NCBI GenBank assembly: GCA_019058315.1
Contig: JAHPZH010000004.1
Span: forward strand, 416,001 to 480,000
From: Candidatus Helarchaeota archaeon
GTDB taxonomy: Archaea; Asgardarchaeota; Lokiarchaeia; Helarchaeales; RDOG01
Direction: 5' to 3'
Length of the DNA: 64,000 nucleotides
Under the pieces are notes generated by a model. That model made no database searches, was not told the DNA's origin, and was given only the letters and a program-made list of their open reading frames with translations. The position numbers were made by a program, and so were the translations under genes. This document shows positions 18,434 through 28,911 of this stretch, piece by piece. Position 1 is the stretch's first letter. The number at the start of each line of letters is the position of its first letter.

Positions 18434-19726
18434 TTGAGTTCCTCTGATAAATTTCAAGCAGATGCACTAGGTGCATCTGATACTATAGAATTACCCTGTA
18501 GGGATGTGTGGTTGATTCCAGCGTTCGGAAATGTGGGAGTCGTGAATTGTGGTGATGAAGGACTAGTAATTTTCGATATAGCACAGCCAGCATTTGAAAA
18601 GAAAATCTTTAACGATATAAGAAAGTTTACTGATAAACCTGTCAAATATTTAATCTTTTCCCATGGACACTTCGACCACGCGTTCGGATTTAGAGTTTTC
18701 TTAAAAGAAATAGAAGAAAAAGGATGGAAAAAACCCCAAATAATTGCTCATGAAAATTGTATTAAAAGATTTGAAAAATATAAAATGATGGATGGTCATC
18801 AAAACTTTATTAATTCTCAACAATTCGCAGCATTGACTCAAAAAGGGGTAAGAAGAGTAGTTTTTCCTGAAACAAGTTTGGATCCTACAATTATAATTCG
18901 GGATAATGAAAATTATTCATTTAAATTAGGTTCATTCACATTTGAGCTATATCCTGAATGGGGAGAAACCGATGATGCTATTTGGATGTATTTACCTGAA
19001 AAAAAAGTTATTTTTTCAGGTGATTTGATAATTTCTCATTACCCAAATGTTGGTAATCCCTATAAAGTACAACGTTATCCCAAGCATTGGGCTTTAGCAA
19101 TGGAGAGAATGTTACAAAAAAAAGCTGAATATCTTATTCCAGGTCATGGTGCATTAATTGAAGGTCCTGAAAATATTAAAGAATGTTTAACTATCACAGC
19201 AGAAGCCATGCATTTTGTTCATGATGAAGTTGTGAAACGATTGAATCAAGGAAAATGGTTTGAAGAATTATATCACGAAATGTTAGAAATTTATCCTAAG
19301 AAATTTGAAAAAAGTAAATGGCTTCGTCCAGTTTATGGATGTTATCGATTTGCTATTCACGCAGTTTATCGATTATATCATGGGTGGTATAATTCCGGAA
19401 ATCCGACAGACCTTTTCCCCTCAAAATCCGCTGATATAGCAAATGAATTGTTAAAAATAGCTGGTTCAAATAGCGAAGATAGATATTTTGAACATGCCAA
19501 AAAACTTTTTGAAGATGGAAAACTGCAATTGGCATTACATATCCTTGATGTGATAATTAAAGGCACAGACACACAAAATAAAGAAATGCTCTTAAGATCT
19601 TATAGTTTAAAAAGAAAGATTTTGAAAAAGCAAGCTAATCTTGAAACATCTTTTATTGTGAAAAACATTTTAAATAATGGTGCAATTCAAATCAAGAATA
19701 AAATAAAAGAAATAAAAAAAAGTTAA
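18434..19726 (+). CDS. MBL-fold alkyl/aryl-sulfatase-like hydrolase, paralog 1
   Basis: SHGHFDH, GETDD, PNVGNP.K..RY, PGHG, dimerisation region; TTG start 5 nt after AGGTGA matches the paralog N-terminus. Confidence 0.85.
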   Translation: MSSSDKFQADALGASDTIELPCRDVWLIPAFGNVGVVNCGDEGLVIFDIAQPAFEKKIFNDIRKFTDKPVKYLIFSHGHFDHAFGFRVFLKEIEEKGWKKPQIIAHENCIKRFEKYKMMDGHQNFINSQQFAALTQKGVRRVVFPETSLDPTIIIRDNENYSFKLGSFTFELYPEWGETDDAIWMYLPEKKVIFSGDLIISHYPNVGNPYKVQRYPKHWALAMERMLQKKAEYLIPGHGALIEGPENIKECLTITAEAMHFVHDEVVKRLNQGKWFEELYHEMLEIYPKKFEKSKWLRPVYGCYRFAIHAVYRLYHGWYNSGNPTDLFPSKSADIANELLKIAGSNSEDRYFEHAKKLFEDGKLQLALHILDVIIKGTDTQNKEMLLRSYSLKRKILKKQANLETSFIVKNILNNGAIQIKNKIKEIKKS

Positions 19727-19767
19727 ATAATAAATAAAGTCTATTCCAATTTTAAGAGGTAATTACA

Positions 19768-21060
19768 TTGAGCTTCTCAGACAAATTTAGAGCTGAATTT
19801 TTTGGTATAGCTAATACAGTTGAATTAGCATGTAAAGACGTTTGGCATATTCCCGCATTCGGAAATGTGGGAATGATAAAATGCGGTGACGAAGGACTAG
19901 TAATTTTTGATATTGCACTTCGAATGTTTAGAAAGAAAATCTTCAAAGAAGTAAGAAAAATAACAGACAAACCGGTTAAATATCTGGTATATTCTCATGG
20001 ACATTTCGATCATTGTTTCGGATTTGAGCCATTCTTAAAGGAAATAGAAGAAAAAGGATGGAACAAGCCCCAAGTTATTGCACATGAAAATTGTATAAAA
20101 AGATTTGAAAAATATAAAATGATGGAAGGACATCAAAATTTTATTAATTCTCAACAATTCGCATCAGAGATGCGTACGGGTTCCGGGGGTATAGTATCTG
20201 CGAAAGAAACTTTAGATCCAACAATTATAATTCGTAATAATGAAAATTATTCATTTGAACTAGGACCATATAAATTTGAAATAAATGCAGAATGGGGGGA
20301 AACTGATGATGCTATTTGGATGTATATGCCTGAAAAGAAAGTAATTTTCGCAGGAGATTTAATGATTTCTGGTTATCCAAACATTGGTAATCCATATAAA
20401 GTTCAGCGTTATCCTAAACATTGGGCCTTGGCAATGGAAAAGATGATTCAAAAAAATGCTGAATATATTATTCCTGGTCATGGTCCGTTGATAAAAGGAC
20501 CTGAAAATGTAAAAGACTGTTTATCTATCACAGCTGAAGCTATGCATTTTGTTCATGATGAAGTTGTAAAAAGATTAAATCAAGGAAAATGGTTCGAAGA
20601 ATTATTTCATGAAATGCTTGAGATATATCCCGAAAAATTCAAAAAAAGCAAATGGTTGGAGCCAATGTATGGCTGTTATCGATTTGGAATTCATGCTGCT
20701 TATCGATTATATCATGGGTGGTATAATTCCGGAAATCCAACAGATTTATTTCCTTCAAAATCATCTGATATAGCAAACGAATTATTAAAAATAGCTGGTT
20801 TAAATAGTGAAGATAAATATTTTGAACATGCAAAAAAACTCTTTGAAGATGGTAAACTCCAATTAGCTCTACATATCCTTGATGTAATAATTAAAGGCAC
20901 AGATCCAAAAAATAAAGAATTACTCTTAAAAGCTTATGAATTGAAGAGAAAAATTTTGAAAAACCAAGCTAATAAGGAAACATCGTTCATAGTGAAGAAT
21001 ATTATAAATAATGGCGCAGTTCAAATCAAAAAGAAAATAAAAGAAATGAAGAAATCTTAA
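19768..21060 (+). CDS. MBL-fold alkyl/aryl-sulfatase-like hydrolase, paralog 2
   Basis: Same motifs; colinear and highly similar to the preceding gene. Confidence 0.85.
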   Translation: MSFSDKFRAEFFGIANTVELACKDVWHIPAFGNVGMIKCGDEGLVIFDIALRMFRKKIFKEVRKITDKPVKYLVYSHGHFDHCFGFEPFLKEIEEKGWNKPQVIAHENCIKRFEKYKMMEGHQNFINSQQFASEMRTGSGGIVSAKETLDPTIIIRNNENYSFELGPYKFEINAEWGETDDAIWMYMPEKKVIFAGDLMISGYPNIGNPYKVQRYPKHWALAMEKMIQKNAEYIIPGHGPLIKGPENVKDCLSITAEAMHFVHDEVVKRLNQGKWFEELFHEMLEIYPEKFKKSKWLEPMYGCYRFGIHAAYRLYHGWYNSGNPTDLFPSKSSDIANELLKIAGLNSEDKYFEHAKKLFEDGKLQLALHILDVIIKGTDPKNKELLLKAYELKRKILKNQANKETSFIVKNIINNGAVQIKKKIKEMKKS

Positions 21061-21114
21061 TTTAACAATATAATTTAATCAATTTTTTTTAGAGATTTAA
21101 ATATTGAATCCAAA

Positions 21115-22098
21115 ATGACTGAATTTATTAAAAGAAATATTCCATTAATAACTCTCATTTTACTCTCCCCAACTATAGGAGAATTACTTTCCGGTTCTGC
21201 CCCTCCTTTAGAATTTTTTAATCCATTCGGATTTATTATACTTGTTGGTCTTTATGGACTTGGAGCATTAATTATTAGGGAACTTCGTGTGAAGTGGGAA
21301 AAAGGTTGGTGGAGCATTCTAATATTAGGAATGGCTTATGGAATTATAGAGGAGGGGCTTGCAATTAAGAGTTTTTTTGATCCAAATTGGATGGATTTAG
21401 GAAATTTGGGCTCATATGGAAGGTTATTTGGTGTCAATTGGGTATGGAGTGTATGGCTAACAATCTATCATACAATTATTAGTATCGCAATTCCAATACT
21501 GCTTTTTGAATTATTATTTCCAGATAAAGAAGATGAAAGATTATTGACAGAAAATAAACTTGGTATAGTTGTTATCCTCTTCATTATTGATGTGATATTC
21601 ATTTCTCTCTTTATGACTCCATATTTTCCTGACTTTTTCCTCTATTTTTTTACCCTAATAATTGTAATATTATTATTTTTAATTGCTTGGAAAATTAGTC
21701 CTGATATTATTTCTCTAAAGAATGAAGAACCCAAAATTCGAGCAGGATGGTTTGGAATCGTGGGATTAATAGCTATATTTTCGTTTTTTATTATTAATAT
21801 AACATTAACTTACTTAATTTCTGAATTTATAATTCCGATAATTCTTGATCTGCTTGTAACACTATTTTTATTACTTCTTGTTATCAAATATGCAGGTTAT
21901 AACAATAATTCATACCATAAACTTGCATTTGCAAGTGGTTTTCTATCGTTTTTTATATTTCTTTCATTTTTTCAAGAATTAAATGGTGTCTTTGGGATGT
22001 CTGTTGTGGGAATATTCTTTATTATATTCTTATTTTATATCAGAAGGAAAGTTTTATCAGAACAAAGCACAAGCAAGGTTAGTAAATTAATTGAATAA
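21115..22098 (+). CDS. Multi-pass membrane protein
   Basis: About 9-10 hydrophobic segments; GELLSGS and YGIIEEGL motifs. Confidence 0.7.
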   Translation: MTEFIKRNIPLITLILLSPTIGELLSGSAPPLEFFNPFGFIILVGLYGLGALIIRELRVKWEKGWWSILILGMAYGIIEEGLAIKSFFDPNWMDLGNLGSYGRLFGVNWVWSVWLTIYHTIISIAIPILLFELLFPDKEDERLLTENKLGIVVILFIIDVIFISLFMTPYFPDFFLYFFTLIIVILLFLIAWKISPDIISLKNEEPKIRAGWFGIVGLIAIFSFFIINITLTYLISEFIIPIILDLLVTLFLLLLVIKYAGYNNNSYHKLAFASGFLSFFIFLSFFQELNGVFGMSVVGIFFIIFLFYIRRKVLSEQSTSKVSKLIE

Positions 22099-22110
22099 CT
22101 AGATTACTTA

Positions 22111-22941
22111 TTATTTGAAATTATTTAAAACTAGGATTTCTTTTATTTTTCCTCTTCTTTTTGCGTTACTATTAATTGCTCTCTTTGCATAAATCGTCAT
22201 AATCTTAAAATCTTTATATAAATCTAAAATAAATTTATTATAAGAATTACTCAACATTACTTTGCAACCTATTTCATCAAGTTGCCTAAAAACTTGAAAT
22301 AATTGACTCTGTGAATCTTTTCCAAACATATTTTTTGTGTAACCAGTAAAATTGGAAGTTTCTGAAATTGGATGATAAGGCGGATCAAGATAAACAAAAT
22401 CATCCTTTTCTGCAAAATTTAAGCAACTTTCAAAACTATTTTTATAGATTTCAATATCTTTTAGCACAATACTAACTGCCTTTAAATTCTTTTCATCACA
22501 AAAATTAGGGTTCTTATATCTACCAAATGGAACATTAAATTCTCCTTTACTATTAACCCTGTAAAGGCCATTATAGCAACATCTATTTAAATAAATAGTT
22601 CTAGACGCTCGCTCTACATCTGAAATTTTATTAAATTCTTCATGATTACGATCCAAATTTCGAATTTTATAAAAATAGCTCTTCTCGTTTTTATGCTTTT
22701 TCAATAGCCCTATTAATTCAGCTACATTATTCTTAATTACTTTATAACAATTAATTAATTCCCCATTATTATCGATTAAAATTGCTTGTTTAGGTAATAA
22801 ATGGAAAAATACTGCACCTCCACCCACAAATGGTTCAACATATTTATTAAATTTCTGAGGAAAATATTGATCAAATTGTTCTAGTAATTGTCTTTTACCC
22901 CCTGCCCATTTTAAAAAAGGGTGTGCAGAATTTTCCGACAT
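22111..22941 (-). CDS. dam: DNA adenine methyltransferase (Dam/D12 class)
   Basis: LKWAGGK, EPFVGGG, YNGLYRVN..FNVPFG, YLDPPY. Confidence 0.9.
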   Translation of the reverse strand: MSENSAHPFLKWAGGKRQLLEQFDQYFPQKFNKYVEPFVGGGAVFFHLLPKQAILIDNNGELINCYKVIKNNVAELIGLLKKHKNEKSYFYKIRNLDRNHEEFNKISDVERASRTIYLNRCCYNGLYRVNSKGEFNVPFGRYKNPNFCDEKNLKAVSIVLKDIEIYKNSFESCLNFAEKDDFVYLDPPYHPISETSNFTGYTKNMFGKDSQSQLFQVFRQLDEIGCKVMLSNSYNKFILDLYKDFKIMTIYAKRAINSNAKRRGKIKEILVLNNFK

Positions 22942-23202
22942 TTTGGTAATTCACTTTTAATTTTCAAATTCCCAATATTTTTGTCGTTTTAATTAAAAGA
23001 ATATATTCTAAGGACTTATATCTAATAGAAAATTTTTGAAATTTTTGTAAGAAATAGAAAATATTATGTAATTTTTTTAATAATATATTTTGAAATGCTC
23101 CGCATTTCTACTAAATTTGTTTAAATTTTATTAAATAAGAAATAGTTATTATTAAAAATAACAAACATTAAAAATGTATTTTATAAAAGGAGATAAATTT
23201 GA

Positions 23203-24444
23203 ATGCCAGCAATAAAAATGGAAGATAATGTATATTGGATAGGAGCGAATGTTCATACTGAAGATTTGTTTGAAGGAATTTGGCCTATTCCTAATGGAGT
23301 TGCTTTAAATAGTTATATTGTAAAAGGTGATAAAATTGCAATTGTAGAACTCGTCCGTGAATGGGGTGGAGCAGCGATGTGTTTACTTGAAAATTTAAAT
23401 TCTCTTTCAATTTCACTCAAAGATATTGATTATATCATTCTCAATCATCTAGAACCAGATCACACTGGATTTACCTATTTATTTCGTACATTATCCCCTA
23501 AAGCACAAATAGTAACAACCGAAAAAGGTGCCTCCCTAATAAATGGTTTTTATGGTATTGATGATCATATTTCTATTGTAAAAACTGGGGATGAATTAGA
23601 TCTGGGTCAGAATAAGCATTTCCAGTTTATTGAAATCCCAAATGTTCATTGGCCGGAAACAATGGTTTCTTATGAAACTAATACAAAAATTCTTTTTTCT
23701 GGAGATGCATTTGGGGCTTTTGGAGTTCATCTTGGAGAAATTTTTGATGATGAAACGCCTGACGTTCATAAACCATATTGGGAGGAAGAAATGTTACGGT
23801 ATTATGCAAATATTATTGCTACATTTTCTTCAAATGTTCTCAAAGCCATAGATTCGTTGGCTAATATTAATATTAAAATGATTGCACCATCACATGGTCT
23901 GATTTGGCGAAAACATCCAGAAGTAGTTATAAGGAAATATTTACGTTATGCAAATTATAATAAAGATTTTGCAGAACCAGAAATATGTGTTGTTTGGGGG
24001 AGTATGTATGGAAATACAGAAGTGATGTTGAATTCAATATTAAGGGGCATTGCAAGTGAGGGTGTACCAGTAACTGTTCATAGAGTACCAAATGAAGATG
24101 TCTCTTTTATCCTAGCAGATGCTTATAAATCCGCAGGGTTAATCATTGGAGCACCTACTTATGAGTATGGAATGTTTCCTCCGATGAAATATTTCCTTGA
24201 AATTTTAAAAAAGAAATTGATTTGGTATAAAAAAGTTTTATATTTTGGATCATTTAGTTGGAGCGGTGGAGCACAACGGGAGTTTGATGCCTTAAGCAAA
24301 AATATGCATTGGGACATAATGGATCCAATAGTGTTTAAAGGACATCCCAGCAATGAACAATTAAAGAAAGGGGAAGCACAAGGTGCCGAATTAGCGATGC
24401 AAGTGAAAAATATTCCTTCTAAAATAAAAGATGAAAATTATTAA
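23203..24444 (+). CDS. fprA: Flavodiiron protein (FprA, O2/NO reductase)
   Basis: NHLEPDH, HWPET, SGDAFG, PSHG diiron ligands plus flavodoxin SMYGNT. Confidence 0.92.
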   Translation: MPAIKMEDNVYWIGANVHTEDLFEGIWPIPNGVALNSYIVKGDKIAIVELVREWGGAAMCLLENLNSLSISLKDIDYIILNHLEPDHTGFTYLFRTLSPKAQIVTTEKGASLINGFYGIDDHISIVKTGDELDLGQNKHFQFIEIPNVHWPETMVSYETNTKILFSGDAFGAFGVHLGEIFDDETPDVHKPYWEEEMLRYYANIIATFSSNVLKAIDSLANINIKMIAPSHGLIWRKHPEVVIRKYLRYANYNKDFAEPEICVVWGSMYGNTEVMLNSILRGIASEGVPVTVHRVPNEDVSFILADAYKSAGLIIGAPTYEYGMFPPMKYFLEILKKKLIWYKKVLYFGSFSWSGGAQREFDALSKNMHWDIMDPIVFKGHPSNEQLKKGEAQGAELAMQVKNIPSKIKDENY

Positions 24445-24478
24445 CATTCATAAAATAAAAAAGATTAATTAAATTTGA

Positions 24479-24811
24479 TTAGATTTTTTCCTGAGGTCTT
24501 CTTTCTGGAATTTTATTAGGCTTCTTACCACTTTCAATGAACTCTTTAGAAAGGAATAAAGCACAGTAACAATGCCCATATTCTTTGATATCTGGTTCAG
24601 AGTATTGGCAAGGGCAGATGATATCACGGTCCTTTTCTTTTTCACCGGTGGCTAATCTACAAGGGCAGGAACGATATCCAAACCGCTCTTTATTAATAGC
24701 AAGACCTTCAATTAAGTCATTTAACATGATTTCATCAGGTTCTAAAATCCAATTTCTATGATCAGCAACTGTCTTTACATATTTTTTCGTATCTTCTATG
24801 TCAGGCATCAT
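24479..24811 (-). CDS. Ferredoxin:thioredoxin reductase catalytic subunit-like
   Basis: CPCR, CPC and HCYC motifs. Confidence 0.9.
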   Translation of the reverse strand: MMPDIEDTKKYVKTVADHRNWILEPDEIMLNDLIEGLAINKERFGYRSCPCRLATGEKEKDRDIICPCQYSEPDIKEYGHCYCALFLSKEFIESGKKPNKIPERRPQEKI

Positions 24812-25088
24812 TTACCAAATCCTGTATTTTTTGATCTATAAATTGATTTTCAATAAATTCATCATCAATAAACATCATTGGAAATGCTAATATCCGTCTG
24901 TATTGTCTTAGTTGAGATTTTACCTCTGTTTTCTCTGGAAGAGTTAATAAATCTATATCTAAATAAGTATATTCTATATTATTCTGATTTAATTTCCTTT
25001 TTAATCTCGTACACCACATACACGTAGAAATCGTATAGATTTTTACCTTTTGTTTGTTGTATTTACCAGAAACAGTTTTGAAATCCAT
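24801..25088 (-). CDS. Glutaredoxin family protein
   Basis: STCMWC active site and cis-Pro FP; overlaps the FTR gene start. Confidence 0.85.
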   Translation of the reverse strand: MDFKTVSGKYNKQKVKIYTISTCMWCTRLKRKLNQNNIEYTYLDIDLLTLPEKTEVKSQLRQYRRILAFPMMFIDDEFIENQFIDQKIQDLVNDA

Positions 25089-25152
25089 TTTTTTCCCATC
25101 AATAATTTTTAATTTTGAATAAAATATCTAATTCTAAATTTTTTATATTTAT

Positions 25153-25722
25153 TTAAGCATATCGTTCCTCTTTCCATGGATCTGCCGTATTACTATAGCC
25201 TCCTTGTTCCCAATAACCAAGTTCATCCTTTTCAACGAATTTTAATTTTAGAACCCACTTAGCACTTTTATAAAAATATTTTTTAGGGACCAATCCCCTC
25301 ACTGGACCACCATGTTTAATATTCAAATCTTCTCCGTTATATTTGAATGCTAACATTGTGTCATCTCCCATCAAATCCTTTATAGGCAAGCTGGTTGTAA
25401 AGGATCCTCCTAAATCTGCACATTCAAAAATAACAAATTTTGCTTTTTCGGTTGGTTTAACTATTTTAAAAATTTCCTTAAAAAGCACTCCTTCCCAGTT
25501 AGTATCCAATAAACTCCAGGTAGTTACACAATGAATATCTGTTTTAATTTTTGTTTTTGGTAATTTGATAAATTCTTCATAATTATATTTCTTAGGGTTT
25601 TCTACTTCTCCATAAATTTCGAGACTCCAATTTTCTTTCGTTAAATCATAAGGAATTCCTCCTGCCTGTAAAACTGGAAATCTACTAACCTCTGTTTGAT
25701 TCGGTGGTAAACGATCTTTCAT
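25153..25722 (-). CDS. Sulfite-oxidase-like molybdopterin oxidoreductase (YuiH/MsrP-like)
   Basis: RLPPNQ, DIHCVTTWS, HGGPVR, YKSAKW, GYWE..GY. Confidence 0.9.
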   Translation of the reverse strand: MKDRLPPNQTEVSRFPVLQAGGIPYDLTKENWSLEIYGEVENPKKYNYEEFIKLPKTKIKTDIHCVTTWSLLDTNWEGVLFKEIFKIVKPTEKAKFVIFECADLGGSFTTSLPIKDLMGDDTMLAFKYNGEDLNIKHGGPVRGLVPKKYFYKSAKWVLKLKFVEKDELGYWEQGGYSNTADPWKEERYA

Positions 25723-26081
25723 TTTTTGAACCAGATATATTTTATTTCAATTTTTAATAATGGAATTAAAGTAAAATTTTATACTCTAATTAAAGTACTA
25801 AAAATTTGAATTTATTATTGTTTGATAAAAATCATTTTTTTAATTTTAAATATTTTAAGGTTCAATTGAACTAATCTCACAAATTGAAAATCCAATACCA
25901 GTTCATTTATCAATGTGTTTAGTAGAAAAGAACGGTTCAAAAACCCTAAGCAAATCAGACTCTTTGATTCCTTTACTATTATCAATTATTTTAATTTCTA
26001 CATTACATTTTATTTTTGAAAATGTAATTTAAATTTTAGGTTTATGTTTTTTTGATATTGTTTATTTCTGATATTGTTTGT

Positions 26082-26651
26082 TTATATCATAAATGAAGGT
26101 AAATGATTTTTATAGAATTTTAAATATTTTTCGATAATTTTTTGATCAGAAATTTTAAAAACTGTATTTAATTTTGAAATTAATTCAATTTTTGTTAAAA
26201 TTCCTGAAATTAACAAAATTTCCATCTTATCTTTAATAATAAATGTCGAATTTATGTTTGGATTTATGAAATGATTAATTTTTGGGGTGGATGCCAGTAT
26301 GTCAAATGATTGAATGCCATCTTTTTCATATATGTTATTTCTTTTTGTCGTTATTACAAAAATATTTTTTAATTCATTCAATTTCTTAAGAATTAAATCT
26401 AAAATATCAGAACTTATAAATTTGGATGCAAATATTAATTCGATTTTAGATTCATCAATGAAATTAGTGACTATTTTATAAATTTCCTTACTATTTGGAG
26501 GTATTGATGTTGTGAGGAAATAATTTTGACTTTGTATATTCAGAATATTGATTAATTTATCCTCTAATTTTAAATTTTCCTCTTTAAGTACTTTAATTCT
26601 ATCTTGTAAATTTATTATTAGCTCCTTATATGAACCGTAAGTCTTGGACAT
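26082..26651 (-). CDS. Coiled-coil + degenerate PLD-like domain protein
   Basis: N-terminal heptads; IDESKIELIFASKFIS and INSTFIIKD..LISG resemble the PLD fold but lack HxK. Confidence 0.45.
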   Translation of the reverse strand: MSKTYGSYKELIINLQDRIKVLKEENLKLEDKLINILNIQSQNYFLTTSIPPNSKEIYKIVTNFIDESKIELIFASKFISSDILDLILKKLNELKNIFVITTKRNNIYEKDGIQSFDILASTPKINHFINPNINSTFIIKDKMEILLISGILTKIELISKLNTVFKISDQKIIEKYLKFYKNHLPSFMI

Positions 26652-26728
26652 AATCTAGTCCTTCTGATGTTTTATTTATAAAAATTTATGAAACTGCTTT
26701 CTTCAAAATTTTAAATAAAAAATAAATT

Positions 26729-27118
26729 TTAATTAATTTTAGTCATTTCAGCGAACAGGTTTTCAAAAATCTTCTCATAATTTTCCTTCTGAAGATTTGA
26801 AAGTATTTGTGCAGCTCCTTTCTTCAAAATTTCTTTAAATTTCAGAGGTTTTTCATTCCTTCTTAATAATAAAGCAATTATATAATTAGGAATAACTACT
26901 TGGTTATCATCTATTCCACTAAAAAAGCTAATAATTTTAGTGTTTATCAGTGTTAAAGAAGCAAAATTCGGTCCTGTAGTATTCATCCGGTGATTTGCGT
27001 ATATATTTGTTAATAATTTAGTAGTTATTTTTAAATTCTTAGGATATTTAGCAACAAGTATTGCACCCGTATCATTATTCCAGGTTATAATCGCTATTCC
27101 TTTAGGCATTTGGAACAC
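26729..27118 (-). CDS. Longin/uDENN-like single-domain protein
   Basis: PKGIAIITWNNDTGAILVAKYP beta-hairpin motif shared with 28912, 39784, 40453 and 36966. Confidence 0.55.
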   Translation of the reverse strand: MFQMPKGIAIITWNNDTGAILVAKYPKNLKITTKLLTNIYANHRMNTTGPNFASLTLINTKIISFFSGIDDNQVVIPNYIIALLLRRNEKPLKFKEILKKGAAQILSNLQKENYEKIFENLFAEMTKIN

Positions 27119-27164
27119 TATAATTTATTTTTATTTATCGTTATTAGATGGAAAAAATTATATC

Positions 27165-28766
27165 TTAAATTTCTTTAATCAAGCTGATTTTTATTTGAGT
27201 AATTTTATACAAGGTTTCTCTTTTTGAGATATTTAACCTTTCAAATTTTTTCTCATAACGCTCTTGAGATATCGTATTTTTTTGATATAGTCTCTCGAGG
27301 GTTGAAAATTGTTTTTTAAGATTATCTAATTCTAGTTCCAGATTCAATATTTTTTTCTCAATATCCTCGTGTTCAATATTTTTATTGATTGGATTTAATG
27401 CATTATTTACTTGCGTTTCTTCTGGTATTTTTCCAGAATCTTTAATATTTTGCTGATTATTTATTGAAAAAGTAGACAAATTTTTTGATTCTTGAATTGT
27501 AGTTGTACACGCAAAATTATTATCATTACTAATCCATGTAGTATTTGGAACAGTAATTGACTGCAGTAGTTCTGCATCCATTGGTTTAATTTTTGCTTTT
27601 AGTTGTGTGATCGTATTTAATTTAGGATTTGACTCTAATTTCACTTTTGGAATTTCTATAACATCAGATAATTGCTTAATTTCATTAGATTTTTCTCTCT
27701 TTTCTTTATTATTTTCTAAATTTTCAGAAATTTTCGATTTTATCCATTTTGCTCTTTCTAAAAACTCATATGCTATTTTAGAATCTCCTAAGTCTATACA
27801 ATTTTTCGCAATTTTTTCAAATATTAAAATAGCAGTTTGGAATTCTTGATTAATTAAAGCATTTTCTGCAGCTTCAACTAATTTATCACGATCTAGTAGT
27901 GGACGTATTAAAGGAGATATTTCTGTAGAGATCCCTAATGTTTGTGCTACTATTTCTATCATTTTTGCACGATTATTTGGGTCAATTGCAATCATACCAT
28001 GTGTATTAATACCTAAAAGGGTTTCAATTTCTTCTGCTGTTAATACATCTGGTAAATCTTGTTTATTTGCAACTACACACAATTTAGCAGTAGGAACCTT
28101 CTCATTTGTTAGTCTTATGAAAAATTTTGATTTTTCAATATTTTTCAGACTAGAATCTGTAATAATTAATACTGCATCAGCATCTTTAACGAACTTTGGC
28201 CAAAGAAACGCAAATTGTTCTTGACCTGCAAAATCCCATAAATTAAAATGCAATTTTCCTATTTTTATTGTATATATATCACCAGTTATAGTCGGGTTAT
28301 GAACTTTCGGTATTTCATCTGCTCTTATTAGCTTCGTAATGGTAGTTTTTCCTACTCCACTAAACCCTACTAAGGCGATTTTTGGTCTTAAATCCTTATG
28401 AATAAGATCTGTAATAGGATTTAATGGTTCAAAAATTGATGGATCAATTGCAGTATCAATGATTTTTCTAGAAAATAATTCTTGAAATTCGTCTTTTAAC
28501 CTTTTTAATTGAGTTTTAATCAACTCATTATTATCCATAGGATCACTTACAAGAACAAACAATAATTTCATTTCTTTAATTGAAGCGTATGAAATTTTAA
28601 ATCCCATTAAATCAGGTAAAATTCCGTCAATTTCATCTGGACTTGACTCAATTGATCTACAGAATGTAAATAAAATAGGAGATAAATTTTCCCATGAAAT
28701 AGCTTTTCCGAATTGCCTCCAATATAATAGGTCTAAACCTCTAAGAATATGTATTTCTCTTAACAT
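27165..28766 (-). CDS. Longin-domain + Arf-like small GTPase + helical/coiled-coil protein
   Basis: GFSGVGKTT, WDFAGQ, NKQD; N-terminal AP-sigma/longin-like region; C-terminal coiled coil. Confidence 0.8.
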   Translation of the reverse strand: MLREIHILRGLDLLYWRQFGKAISWENLSPILFTFCRSIESSPDEIDGILPDLMGFKISYASIKEMKLLFVLVSDPMDNNELIKTQLKRLKDEFQELFSRKIIDTAIDPSIFEPLNPITDLIHKDLRPKIALVGFSGVGKTTITKLIRADEIPKVHNPTITGDIYTIKIGKLHFNLWDFAGQEQFAFLWPKFVKDADAVLIITDSSLKNIEKSKFFIRLTNEKVPTAKLCVVANKQDLPDVLTAEEIETLLGINTHGMIAIDPNNRAKMIEIVAQTLGISTEISPLIRPLLDRDKLVEAAENALINQEFQTAILIFEKIAKNCIDLGDSKIAYEFLERAKWIKSKISENLENNKEKREKSNEIKQLSDVIEIPKVKLESNPKLNTITQLKAKIKPMDAELLQSITVPNTTWISNDNNFACTTTIQESKNLSTFSINNQQNIKDSGKIPEETQVNNALNPINKNIEHEDIEKKILNLELELDNLKKQFSTLERLYQKNTISQERYEKKFERLNISKRETLYKITQIKISLIKEI

Positions 28767-28911
28767 AGTGTTAAATCAAATCCATTACTTCTAGCCTTGT
28801 CTTTTATAAATGAAACATTAGTCTTTAATCACTATGTCGGATAGAATTGACATTTCGAATTTAAAAATGATGGATAATTAAACACTATAACTAAAATGAG
28901 GAGTTTATTTA

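Noticed and set aside
22111-22941. Restriction-modification or defence system around dam
   Set aside because: No endonuclease or other defence gene is adjacent; treated as an orphan methylase.
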